Assembly (NCBI RefSeq): GCF_000743755.1
Contig: NW_014569531.1
Coordinates: 1 to 64,000, forward strand
DNA from: Blastocystis sp. subtype 4
Lineage: Eukaryota
Direction: 5' to 3'
DNA length: 64,000 nt
Shown: positions 14,321-27,200 of the stretch, piece after piece
Position numbering within the stretch: the first letter of the stretch is position 1
Layout: each line of letters opens with the position of its first letter
The notes under the pieces: generated by a model
Database searches by the model: none
The model's input: the letters and a program-made list of their open reading frames with translations, nothing else
Told to the model about the DNA's origin: nothing
Program-made: the position numbers and the translations under genes

Positions 14321-15851
14321 ATGACTGTGGATATTGAAGATTATGAGGGTCACGAGACGTCCTTTCATACATTTAGTGAAGAGGAATTAGAAGCAGTCGC
14401 TAATGGCATTGTGCATTGGTATCAAGCAAATCGGAGGAAGTTACCATGGAGAGGAGATCAGCCTCCTTATTCGAAAACAGCGGAGGTGAAGTCGTCTTCC
14501 AAACGAGATGATAAGCAGCTTTCGATGACCAATTTCTTTACATCAAAGAAGCCTAAAATAGATAAAAAGGTAATTCCTCAAGAGTATGAGTTTGCTAAAA
14601 AGGGAATTACTGCCTATACTGAATATGTGTCCGAAATTATGCTTCAACAAACGAGAGTCGATACTGTGATTGATAAGTACATTCAGTGGATGACTCGGTT
14701 TCCGACCATCAAGGATTTGGCTGAAGCCACTGAAGAAGAGGTGAATTCCCTCTGGTCTGGTTTGGGCTATTATCGGAGAGCTCAGTATTTGATCAAAGGA
14801 GCTCGAGTAGGTTTGTTAGGTTTGGATGATGGGTAGTACATCATGAAGAACTGTGGCGGAGAGATACCAAGCAAGAAGGAAGAATTACTCAAAGTTCCTG
14901 GTGTTGGTGAGTATACAGCAGGAGCCATTCTCTCTATTGCTTTCAATCAACCAGAACCCGCTGTAGATGGGAATGTTATTCGAGTTTTGTCCAGATTACA
15001 AACCGTATATCAAACCAAGACACAGATGAGTTTCTTGAATTGGTGTAAGAGAACGACAAGTGAATTAGTGGCTCATGCATCTCCATCTGATTATACTCAA
15101 GGTATAATGGAACTTGGAGCTGTTGTTTGTACTCCACAATCTCCATCCTGTTCTTCATGTCCTCTTCGTGTATGGGTTGTTGGAGAATGTGATGTAAAGG
15201 AGTACTGTAAAGCTTTTAAACTTATGCAGAAGCAAAAACGGATGGGAACACTTGATGAGATGGTGGAAAATGACCGATGTGAGATTTGTTGTGATTATCC
15301 AGTGGTAATTGAAGATTCAACTGACTGATAGAAACGCATTGAAGCCGTGGATGTGTACCCAGTAGCAGGAAAGTCCAAAGAAGTACCAACAGAACGATAT
15401 GCGGTGTTGATTGTTGAGAGCAAGGAGAGATCCGAGACGTATCTACTACACAAGCGAACAGAGGCTATTCTGACGAATCAACTGGAACCACCATTAGTAA
15501 AGGTAATGATGAATGGAATCTGTGATGTAGATACCTACAGATACTCCAGAATCTGGATTGGAAACGATTGCTCTCAATGCAGTCAAGAAGATCCTTCCAT
15601 CCTGTTCAGCTGTGTACGAAGGAACTGTTAAGCATGTCTTCTCTCATCGGATTCATTTGCTATCTGTATGCTCGACTACAATGAATGAAAAGGATGTAAA
15701 AGTGAATGACTATGAATGGTGGAGTTCACAACAAATTCGGGATTATGGTACTACTACTTGGTTCTTATTAGTATTTACTATCTATTATTGTTATTATTAG
15801 ATGTTGAAGACAGCACATCGAGCAACAGCAAGTTTGAAAAGACTTAAATAA
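14321..15851 (+). CDS. MUTYH: A/G-specific adenine DNA glycosylase MutY
   Basis: WYQANRRKLPWR, VSEIMLQQTRV, WSGLGYYRRA, HhH VPGVGEYTAGA, AVDGNVIRV, Fe-S motif CTPQSPSCSSCPLR|EYC and Nudix-like VKHVFSH. Confidence 0.93.
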
Positions 15852-15896
15852 TCTGTTTGTTCAATCAATAGATAACAAACACTATATCGAGGAATC

Positions 15897-17642
15897 TTAG
15901 AAATCAATGATAGGAACACCCCATCCACAGCTGCTACCGATTCCACTGTTCTTCTCCATATCAATTCTGAACCATCCCAGCTCTCCCCAGTACTCACCCC
16001 AGCTGTTACGTCCAATCCAGTACTTCTGACCCTCTTCAGTCTCACCCCATCCAGCAATCTCCACAATATGACCAGCCAACACAGGGGACTGATCCTCCAC
16101 ATAAATACCTCCATGATAGTCAACGAAAGACTGACGAACAGTCATGGTGCAAGACACAGGACCACGAGCAAAGATTTCAGCCTTGATCTTCTCCTCTCCA
16201 CTCACACGACCATACTCACTCACCTTGTAGGCCTTGTAATCCTTCACAGCCCAACATCCATCACGATCACAGTTACGACATGTGTTTTCAGGTGTGCATT
16301 CGTGATCTACGGCTTCGTATGGTTGACAGGTCTGATCAGGAATACCCGTCTCATGCGCAAATTCATACACTCCACTATCGAAACCACCTCCACATGAACC
16401 AGCATTTCCACAATTCAACACAACCTGGACAGCAAGGTTGACAGCAGGCCAAGCTCCCTTACGCATGATATTGATACGATCAGAAAGAGCAGCAGTGGAA
16501 CCCTGAGCCCAGCAAGAACCACACCAGACAGGGATATGCTGATTACGGTTCCAAGTAGCATAATTCACACCATTGACATTACGAATATCATAGTTCTTAG
16601 GAATCTCTTCAGCACTCAAGTAAGTGTGAGGAAGAGGAGACTTGATCACCTCCTTCTTCACGTCCTTTGACATATCCACACATCCGTCCTTGATGTGCAT
16701 CTTCAACTCATGACTACGGAACTCCTGACTCTTAGCTTGCTCAGGAACCTTTGGCACAGCCCAGTTACAAGATGACTCAATCTGGAGGTTATTAACTCCA
16801 CGGACAATTCGGAACCAACCATTCTCTCCCCAATAGTTACCCCAACTGTTACGACCAATCCAGTACTTCTCTCCATCCTCAGTCTCACCCCATCCAACCA
16901 CAGAAATAGCATGTGAGATCATGGAAGCACCAGTCTCATCCTTGTAAATACCACCAGTGTAATCCTTGAAAGATTGAGGATCAGCAATTGAGCAAGTGAT
17001 AGGACCACGAGCATAGATCTCCTTCATCATGTTCTCCTCTCCACTGACACTACCATACTCCTCAACGTAGTACTTAGTGTAGTTCTGAATAGCGTGACAA
17101 CCCTCTCCCATAGTGCAATCACGGCAAAAGTTGATGTCACTGCATTCCATGTCAATAGCTTGATAACGCATGCAACCTTCAGTAGGAACTCCATGATTCT
17201 TCATGTAGGCAAACACACCAGAAGGATGACCTCCATGGCAACTACCAGCATTTCCACAGTTGATAATAGCCTGCACAGAGAGATCGTACTCAGGCCAAGC
17301 TCCCTTGGTCATCAATCTCAGACGATCAGCAACAGAGGAAGTAGCAGAGAAAGCCCAGCAAGAACCACACCATACAGGAATATGTTGGTTCTTGTTCACA
17401 CTGACCATATTCAATCCGTTAATGTTACGACTAGCTATGAAACACAATTAATTGAACCTTACGGATCATAGTTCTTAGGAAGTTGCTCCGAGGAGAGGAA
17501 ATCCTTGGGCTGAGGGGACTTGACAAAATCGGGCACAGCCATCTCGGGACGAAGGCACCCTTCCGCGCTAATAACAGCAAGAATCACTAACAATAAGAAG
17601 AGAAAATGAGTTGGTACGAAGGCAAGTAGCAAGAGTCTTCAT
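15897..17642 (-). CDS. CTSZ: Secreted tandem double-domain cathepsin Z/X (papain family C1A)
   Basis: Signal peptide MKTLATCLLILAVISA; two complete domains, each with NQHIPVWCGSCWA (cathepsin-Z HIP mini-loop), catalytic His and RNSWG. Confidence 0.93.
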
Positions 17643-17755
17643 AACTTACAAAAAGAAATCTGAAAACTATAAGGGAAACGTGGAAACAATGATGCATGTC
17701 TGACAATAAGGGTCCATTTGAACTTACCATACCTAATTATTGTGTTACAAACATT

Positions 17756-20059
17756 TCAATACGAACTAACAATTAGACGAGACGGATCAGGAATTGTTAT
17801 ATTGGACAAAATGCGAATAACTCCAAGGACATGCTCATTTCGAGCTTGTTTCATTCCCATCGAAGGTAACTTTCGAAGATATTCATAAATCCACTTTGGT
17901 GTTTCAACTTTCGTTGCTTCACTATCATCAGCTTGAGGAAGAGAAGGAAGAATATCCTCTGTTTGTTCTTTTGCTGCTTTATCGTCTGGTTCCTGTGTTT
18001 TCTTCTCAAACGGATACCTGCGCTTCAGAATACTACGATCTTCCACAGACTGAAACGATTTCTACACATCATTATCGAAAATCAAACCAACTCCCCAAAG
18101 AGTATAACGATCAATTCGACTTAGAAGTCCTTCGTTTCGTTCTGATGGAACTTGGGCAGAATATTCATCTTCCAATTCCATGATTTCCTTTACTGGCTTA
18201 CAAACGAAGAATCGCGCCTTTATCTGAATGAGTTTCTCCCAAATCAAATGTTTTTCCTCTTCCTTCACACTTGGTAGATGTTCTTGCAATAACTGAATTG
18301 ATTTATCAGGATCTTGTTGATTCATAAGGAAATCTGAATAGCTTAGTAAATACGAGGCATTATCACCAAATTGACTTAATCCCTTCTCTAAGATCATTCT
18401 TGCTTTCTCTGGTTGTCGATTGATATTTGTTGTAATAAAAGCTATATGAAATCCACATACCAATTATCTACCTGCTTTCACATATATTTCACTACAAGGA
18501 TAAACAGAACATGCTTGTTCAAACACTTGCATCATTGCTTGTTCTCCTTTCTGACGTTGCATATATTCCAAATATGATGTCCAACCAGCACAGCAAGGAT
18601 ATTCTCGAATCAATCGTTCATATTCTGCTTCACATTCTTGTATCATTTCATGCTCCTCAAAGAAATCACAACATGCCAATCTGAGGAATACACTATTTGG
18701 CATTACTGTTACGGCTTCATTCAATACTGCCGCAGCTCGGCTTTTGTCAAAATTTGATTCATACTCTGCAAAGGCAATCCAAATATCTGGACAAAATCGG
18801 AAGGTTGTCAAACATCGAAGGTATGTCATATGCATGTGATGATACAACTGATTTTCTGGAAGACGCATTGGATTCAATTGTTCATATCTAGATATCATGA
18901 TAATAACGAAATTGAACTCGATTGCCTTCATCCAGTATTCAACTTGACGTTGACCATTTCGATTAAGTTCATGAAGAGGAAGATCATCCAGAGTGATGAG
19001 TTGCCAGCATTCATTACGAAGCTTGTATCTACATGTTATATGAAGACATCACCATCACTCCTCATTAGCCAGTTTATGATCGTCATCAACAACGGATTTT
19101 TGTTTCATAGCGATTTGGGCTCGTTCTTCAGCTCGATGTTCAGTGGGAATAATGATACTATCTTCAAACACTGAATATTGTGTCCAGAAACTCTCCAAAG
19201 CTATGTATTAGTATACCCCATGTAAACAGACCATGAAATGGAATCACTACAGCTCGATGAAAGAAGGATCGCTTCAGTCTCATTAACTCTCCTTGTGTGT
19301 TTATATCGGTTCCTTCACGAGGATACGACTCCAGAAACGATCCATAAGATTTCCATAATTCATCTGAATCGATGAAGAAACCCACAGTATCAGCTGCATA
19401 GCTGTATACTCGTTCCACTTCTGAACGTGCTTCTGCTAGCCGACGACCTACTTTTCCCTCCAAATGGTGTCTCCAGAAGAATTCACAGTAGTATGTCCAG
19501 AGTGGAATGGACGGACAGCGAGGGAGAAATCTCTCCAGTGTCTACTCTCACAATCACCCTTCTCTCTTACATCCACAACTCTCTGAATGTTCTTTGCTTT
19601 CTCCTCCAATTGACAGTACTGCACCACAAAAATTCCAGTAGTTGGGAATCGCTCGAATAAAATGTTGTAGCACTTCCGAGCCACATCCAGAGGTAAACTA
19701 CGGATATAACTGGCATAAGCAGTCCAAGCTTTTGTAGTATCTGTATGATCTAGTAGAAATTGCAGCATCTTGGTCAACTACAACATCAATTGTTATTCTC
19801 ATTTTAACGTCCGGATTAACGTTTGCATCGATCAATTCTCGAATCAGTGAACTTACTAGACTCTCAGACTCTATTCCCTCAATTTCATTTCATCTAGATT
19901 ACGGGATACATTATCCTTTTCAAGCGATGGATTTAGCAAAGAGTTTGTACCCATTGTTAAATGCTACACTCGTCACCGCCTTCAAAAAGCACGTACTTCG
20001 GGCTTGATATTTTCCAAAGCCTCATCTTCAAAATCACTAGATTCGGGTTCGGATGGCAT
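17756..20059 (-). CDS. CSTF3: Cleavage stimulation factor 77 kDa / Rna14 (HAT repeats)
   Basis: HAT repeats (ARKCYNILFERFPTTG, YLRCLTTFRFCPDIWIAFAEYE, ARMILEKGLSQF) and C-terminal YLRKLPS...NITIP. Confidence 0.8.
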
Positions 20060-20191
20060 TTAGACCAAATCCTCTTTCGATAATGAGAAAGGAACATGAA
20101 CAAAAATCGGTTCTATTCCTGGAGTGGGAAAAAAGTCTGGATTCCTCAATGTCGATAAAACTCAAGAAATACTCAACTATTAATCAAAACA

Positions 20192-20791
20192 ATGGTAGGA
20201 CTGAATATGGCTTCCTTTATTTCTAGATTCAATGGGTATTGATTGTGAGTCGGCAGGGAAAGATCCGATTGCAGCAGTTCTACAATGGTGCATCACCAAG
20301 GGTACGGGTTTTATAGGATACTGAATTGAAAGGAAGTTGCATCAACTACTCGAAATGCTGTGAATCTGGTTCTTTCTCGCCCTGGCCGATACTGTAACTA
20401 TATAGAACAGAAAGACTCCAAGATTGTATTCAGAAAGTAAGGGAATATGTTGTCTGTGATTATAGATATGCTAGTTTGTATATCATTATATCCATTGACA
20501 AGGATGAGAATGAATTGATGGCTCTTGAGTTTATTCAGGATTATGTCGAGACTCTTGACCAATACTTTGGAAATGTAATTGTATTGTTACTCTTTTATAT
20601 AGGTGTGTGAATTAGATATTATCTTCCACTACGATAAAGCTTACTTTGTTCTAAATGAACTTTGTGTTGGAGGTCATATCGCTGAAACGAATAAACATGA
20701 AATTCTGCGTGTAAGTACTGCTCAAGATAAGATCGAAGAAGATGCAAAGAAGCCAATTAAGAGTGGTGCTCTTAGTGCTTTAGGTTTGTAA
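20192..20791 (+). CDS. AP1S: Adaptor protein complex sigma subunit (AP-1 sigma-like)
   Basis: M|IQWVLIVSRQGKIRL, YASLY, LDQYFGN|VCELDIIFHYDKAYFVLNEL. The ATG is followed immediately by an intron. Confidence 0.85.
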
Positions 20792-20793
20792 CG

Positions 20794-20808
20794 TGTTTTC
20801 TGTAAACA
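20794..20808. terminator. Bidirectional 3'-end element TGTTT-N5-AAACA
   Basis: TGTTTTCTGTAAACA between the convergent AP-sigma and eIF4E genes. Confidence 0.65.
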
Positions 20809-20828
20809 GAAGAACTCTCTTCACCCAT

Positions 20829-21590
20829 TTACCACTTTGAAGGGTCATGTTGCTTGAACGAAATCGAACAGCGATCCAACTCGAAGTCCTTCAATATCTT
20901 GTTGATTGTCTTCTCTAAACGCTGCTGAATGTCTTTATCCTCCCAGTTCTTGTACCAAACCTCCAGACGATATCCAATTTGTTTTCTCTGTGGTTTACTC
21001 TATACATTACTTCACTCACACATTCATACCTTATCCAAAATACGAGCTCCACAAATGCTGTCACTCTTATCCATTGTCTCTCCGATCAGAGTGAGTACAA
21101 TCGTTTCCCAAAACTTTCCAAGAGTGTCATGGGCAGAAACTTATATTCATCCCTTTCCATAGGCCCTACCATCAAATTCAACTCTCAATTCTCCTCCTTT
21201 TGCATTCACCTCATCTTCCCATTCTGGTGTGATTCCATCCTTGAAGATACTTTGTCCTTCAATCTAGAAACAATAAAAGCAGACCCTTATTCTCACTTTA
21301 ATGTCCTTAGGTTTATCTTCAGGAAAGCGCTCATCAACCCTCTTGATAATTCGATTTTCACCATCATAGAACAACTGACTAATTCATTATGTTCGCAAGT
21401 CAATAGCTTACGTGACTGTGGGAATACGATTCCAGTTCAGCCAGAATCCTTCAGCAGTAGAGAATGTACAGATCTTCTCGAACGAATTCAAGTACCCTTT
21501 CTTCTTGTCCTTTTCGTTGTGGAACTGCACCTGCTCATAGATCGTCCAGCTGTGTTCCAATTTATGGACAGTAATCTCCTGCGAACTCAT
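20829..21590 (-). CDS. EIF4E: Translation initiation factor eIF4E family
   Basis: HKLEHSWTIY, FSTAEGFW, IFKDGITPEWED, FWETIVLTLIGE and ICGAR motifs. Ends FKQHDPSKW*. Confidence 0.88.
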
Positions 21591-22141
21591 ATCAGTAACT
21601 GGGTATGCAAGGTTTCTTTATGCCAAAACGTCAAACTCAGACACAGAAATCCCCCTTATTTTTGGGCTCGCATTTTACGGTGATGCGGAACGGTTTTGGG
21701 CATAACAAATACTGCGATTTTCTTGTTATCGAAACATTTTCATTCAATGTGGATGATACTAAGTGATTGATATTGATGGGGAGTATCTGCTGGAATGTGT
21801 GTATTGGGCTTGAGGAATGAGTAATGAAAGAGAGTGTCATTTATGCCTCATTCCTGTTTCTCAGTGTAAATGAGTAAATTTGCATTCAATAAAATATATC
21901 TGAATTCAATAGAATGATTTAGGTACAAGAATTGGAGTGATTCTTGTAAACTGATAATACTAACTACACTCAGAACACTGAAGAGAATATCAGCATCATT
22001 GTTCAGAATATGATATGAAGAATCAAATCGAATCATATCAAACACTCTATCAAATAGTGTTTTGAATGATTGATAGTCAATGGATGCAGAATAGAAGTCC
22101 ATTAGTATAAGTAATTGTGAATTCATAAAAATGTATTGTTG

Positions 22142-24176
22142 ATGGATTCTTTAACTGATATGAACAATAAGGTTACCAATTCCTGTTTATGTCTTGAATT
22201 CCTTGGTGATTATGAGATTAGAAATGTTGAAATGAAGAGTGGTAGTGAGTGGAGTGGAGAAGCGATAAAGAGATTATTGATAGATAATGAAGAATATGAG
22301 ATGAAAGTATCAATGAAAGAAGGAAAGAAAGATGGAATTGGTATGATTGTGAGAAAGAATGGAGTACTGTTTATGAAGTTGATGTTTGTGAATGATGAAT
22401 GTGAAGGAGAAGTGGCAAAGATGAATGAATATGGCAACATCGTATTGAGAGGAAGAGTGTCAGGAGGAAAGGAAGTTGGAATATGGATAGAGTATGATGA
22501 TGAGGGAAATGAGATATGGAGAGGATTGTATCGAAATGGAAAACGATATTCGATACTGAAGGAACAATCAGGAATGAAAGGATTCTATAGAGAATTGAAT
22601 GAAGATGGAGAAGTGTTGAGTGTGAGTGAATATGATGATAATTGGAAGAAAAATGGAAGATGTTTTGAAGTGGAATCAGGATACTTCAGAGAATGTGTAT
22701 ATGAGAATGGAGTGAAGAAGAGAGTGATTCGAGAGTTCATTGGTAAAACGATGAGATTGTTTGATGACAATGGAAAGAAGGTATATGAAGGAGTATGGTT
22801 TGGAAGTATGGTAAATGGATTTGTGATTCATCCTGAAACGAAAAGAATGAAAGGATTCTATAGAGAATTGAATGAAGATGGAAAAGTGTTGAGTGTGAGT
22901 GAATATGATGAATCTGGGTTATTGAAGAATGGAAGATGTTTTAAAGTGGAATCGGGATGCTTCAGAGAATGTGTATACAAGAATGGAGTAATGATGAGAG
23001 TATTGAGAGAATGGAAAGGAAAAGTGATGATTGAATATGATGATAATGGAATGAGAGTATATGAAGGAGGATTTGCAGGAGATATGATGAAAGGATTTGT
23101 TCGAGAAGGGAAAGGTAAAGAATATGGAAATGATGGAAAGAGTGCATTGTATGTAGGTGGATGGAAGAATGGATTGAGAGATGGAGATGGAAGTGAATTG
23201 AATGAGAATGAGGAAGTGGTAAGAAAAGGAAGATGGATAAAAGGTGTTTATATTGGAAATATTAAGCAACTTGAAGATGGTTATGAAAATGGTTTGAGTG
23301 TATTTGATAGTGATTGTTTGAAAGGATATGAGAGAGTTGAGATTGGGAATGGTTGTTTTAAGAATGTGAATCGATTTGTGATTGATGGATTGAATGAATT
23401 GAAAAGTGTCATCATTGGAGGGAGGTGCTTCAAACTCGATTATCAGTCCATATCTGGAAGCAAGTGTGTGATAATGAATTGTGATCAACTGAGTGACATC
23501 CATATTGGATGGAGTTCATTCAATTATTATGAATCATTTGAATGTAAGAATCTTCCTTCTCTCATATCCATTCAATTGGACGTTCTTGCATTCTTGAATT
23601 GTCAAACAATAGTATTTGAGAGTATGAATGATTGGTGACTGATGAATGAGATCTGAATCGACTTCAATCCATCACTCTTGAATCATCTGTTCTTGGTGAT
23701 GAAGATACTGTTGACTCAAATGTATTGATAATGAGGAGTATGAATCATAATGATGATTGATTGATCAGATCTTCCTTCTCTAACTCTACTCAAAGGAGAT
23801 GGTAGCAATTTCTACTGGATAGGCAAAGTGATATTGGAGAGTGATGATTGATGATTGAATTTGAATTAGACATTCCATTACTCACTCAAGATGGAATTCA
23901 GTTGAGCAGCGTATTCATGAATGTTATAGAATTGAATAGTTCAAGTATGATTGATGAATTGATAATGATTGAGATGCTGATTCTTTTGATAGATTCATTC
24001 GGCAGAGGAGTCGCTATCTACGAAAGAATGAGAGTATTGCACAAGATTCGGATGCATCCAGTATCCAACACGAGTCAGATTCTTCTAGTACTCCACAGGC
24101 CATGCTCTCTTCCAATTTTGAATCTGCAGAGAAGAAGGTTAAGAAGCGAGCTGATAGTCATTGTACTGTATACTGA
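22142..24176 (+). CDS. MORN-like beta-repeat + LRR (BspA-like) protein ending in a polybasic patch and CaaX
   Basis: Repeats like YEGGF/YVGGWKNGLRDGDG, then LRRs (LPSLISIQL, LNRLQSITL, LPSLTLLKG) split by four 29-31-nt introns. The spliced end reads KKVKKRADSHCTVY*. 5' end unresolved. Confidence 0.75.
22572..23100 (+). repeat. Intragenic tandem duplication, period 273 bp (91 aa)
   Basis: GAATGAAAGGATTCTATAGAGAATTGAATGAAGATGG occurs at 22572 and 22845, with similarity continuing ~250 bp. Confidence 0.9.
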
Positions 24177-24236
24177 TGAATTCATTCTGTTTGTTCATTA
24201 TCAATCACATGCATCTTCTAACTGATCTTGTCGATC

Positions 24237-27200
24237 ATGGATAATAGCTAGTCACTGTTACCACCATTGACTCTCATTTTGATAGAAGAGACGAGTGATA
24301 TTGTCAACAAAGAATACAAACCAAAGTTACTGTATAGTGTATTTCTATCCTTTTGAAAGATGATTTCGTATGTTATCCAACAAGAACTATGACAAGACAG
24401 AAGAAACCAAGAAATTTGCAATTCCAAAATCCGTATTCTTCTCACAATCTCGCGATGCAGACCTATTTCATCCTTACAGATGAGATTTTGAAGGATAAAA
24501 AGGATCAGACATACCCCAAAGCGTATAATTTTGAGATGTGGGTAATATACTTAGAGAGCAACTTCTTGTATCATCGATGACACCAGAGAATGTTAGTGGT
24601 GGTACTACTGTGCCTTTTTCTTTTGTTTATAGATGCGAGTCGTTTTACCGAGATCCTTTATGAAATTCTTTGGAGGTATTTAGATAATACAATCAGCATC
24701 GATTCACTTATTTTCATTCTATCAAAAGCGAAAACAGTTTGATCATGGTTGTTGCTTCATACATAGAAGAACTTTGATGTTTTTTGTACTTGTCTGTCTG
24801 ATACCTTGTGGTTGGTGGGTCAAGAATGTGATCCATCTCTTGGTTGTCCTGATTCAACCAAGGGGGCCTCCTTTATCACAATGGTCAAACGAATCGTATC
24901 GGATCGGGTTTGTCCTGTAGGAATCTTGAAGGAGCGTTTGGAGATTGACAAATTGTCTGCATGTGGCTTTATTACGGATGCTTTCTTCACTCACATGAAA
25001 CGTCTGAACACCCAACGGTATTATGCTCAACACAAGTTCAATCTGATTCGTGATGAGAATGAAGGTTATTCGAAATTGATTACCTTTATTCATCAACCCA
25101 AACTGAATTCAGCTACTTTGTTGTCTACTCTCTCGAGTTATATCTCTCTCTTCAGTCTTGATCCCAATCGAGTCTTCGATATCTTGTTAGATGCTTGTGA
25201 ATTTGAAAAACAGAAATACCCCGTATTTAAACCCATTTTTGAGTCGTTTAAAGCTGAAGAAATTCCCCATCTTTTGGAATTCCGAATTCAATTCTACAAG
25301 TCTCATGATGTATTGTTCTTGTTTCTATTTCATTTGTAGTCTGGACGTGTTCCTGACTCCTTGTGGGATCTTTCCATGCGACTTCTTCGAGATGGCAGAA
25401 TTTCTCCCGATTTTTTTCTTTCTGTTTTGAATTCAGAAGAGAAAGAATTATCAGAAGTTGCTCAGAAACGTGTTGGTTTTTCATTTCTGATATTATTTTA
25501 AGACAGATTCGATCTTCACGGCTATCGCATCTATGAAGAAGATGTCACCAAAGCTCCACAGATCAGCCATCACTCTCTTTAAGGTCCCTGATCATCTGAA
25601 CTGGCCTGCTGTTCTCATCTCTGCTTGTTCGTATGCTCCTCTGACCACCATCATTCATCTCTGGCTTTATGTCAAATCCCTCGGATTCGATCCATGTTGG
25701 TGTCCTGAGTGCAGTCGAGCTCTTAGCAAGCTTCTCACTGACGTCACGGCTCAGGTCTATTCCACCATTGCATCGCATCCTGCCATCACACATACCAGAT
25801 CTCGCTTACTCTCTAGACGAAGGGATCTGTGTCCAGAGGATCTCATTCAAGACTTGCCTACACTGATTCGTCGAATTGAAAAACCTGTGCAATTATTGGG
25901 TCCTTTTGTGGCAAATGAGCCCTATTTCTATACCATCCTTTGTCGACTGTTGTCATATGTTCTGAAACAAGAATCCCCAGAATATCTGGAAATCCAAGAA
26001 ATCGCCCAAAATCTATACAAGACGGTTCTCATTCCTTCTCTATCCATCTCTCCTCCAAATCCTTCCATTCACCATGAAATCTGGAGTGGACTTCAATATC
26101 TGAACCAATCAATTCGATTCACTCAGTATGAGTATTGGCAAAGTACTGAGATTGCATCGAATCCTGACCTATTTTATGGTATGAAGTGGAATTATCTCGG
26201 AATCGACTATTATTTGAGGAGATTAGCTGTTGGAAATGTGGATGAGTTGACCAAAATTTTGACTTATTTTGGATTCTCAACTCCACTCTATCTTTTCCGT
26301 TTGCTCCTTCGTAAATGTGCCACATATGACAATTTGATTCAACTGATCGTTCCGAAATTGAAATGCATTTCCTCTCTTGCTGTGGATACATGTTGTTTCT
26401 GTATTATTGCATATTTCCAGAGCCGGGAAAACAAATTGCAGTCTGATCAAGTATCATATGATCCTGGATATGATTTAGCAACAGATTTTGCCTCGAATTT
26501 TGTCAAATTATTTTCTGAACGAATTGATTTGAGTATGATGTTAGCATATGTGGAGCAGTGTGTTCGGAATGGTGATATTTCTGCTCTTCTTCTTGTAAGC
26601 AAACTTTTGACAAGTGTCGGAAATGTAGACTTTTTTTGGTATTGTTATATAGATCCCATCCCCGCGGGATATGATATCACCAGCAGTTTCTACAACAATC
26701 GTTCGATCTCTGGCTGCTTCTTCAACTCTGGTCCAGGCAACTACTTGGTACTTGCGAGAGGATACGTCTACAAAGAGTTGTGAGCGATTGATTGATTGTT
26801 TGTGTTCTCGTGAAGTACTCGCTTCTCTTACAGTTTATCTACCTCGACTTGTAGGAGAGATGATTTGGGAAAGTGAGATCAATGATGTCCAGATTTTGGG
26901 CATTTTGTATGACAGAAATCTGGACTTATTCTTGCGTATGATGATGTTATTCACTCATAATCCCTCCTTCATAAATCAAATGTTTTCACTCATTCCTGCT
27001 CCTCAGGACCTGTTTACACGTATTCATCTTGATGTCCCTTTCGCTATGTCGCTTATTCGATCTATCATTTCAGTAGAGGATGTGTTGGAGAAGAAAGGAA
27101 ATTGGTCAATTTGGACTCCGGAATTCGAGACTACTTTGAAATCGTATTATCCAACAAATTTGTGGGAAATTTTGAATTATCCAGAATTCCTCTTATTTTG

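Noticed and set aside
20979..21683. 234-aa plus-strand ORF
   Set aside because: Antisense to the spliced eIF4E gene, with no recognisable motifs.
21690..22141. Possible extra 5' exons or decayed coding sequence of the MORN-LRR gene
   Set aside because: No consistent spliced frame could be built by eye; left unannotated.
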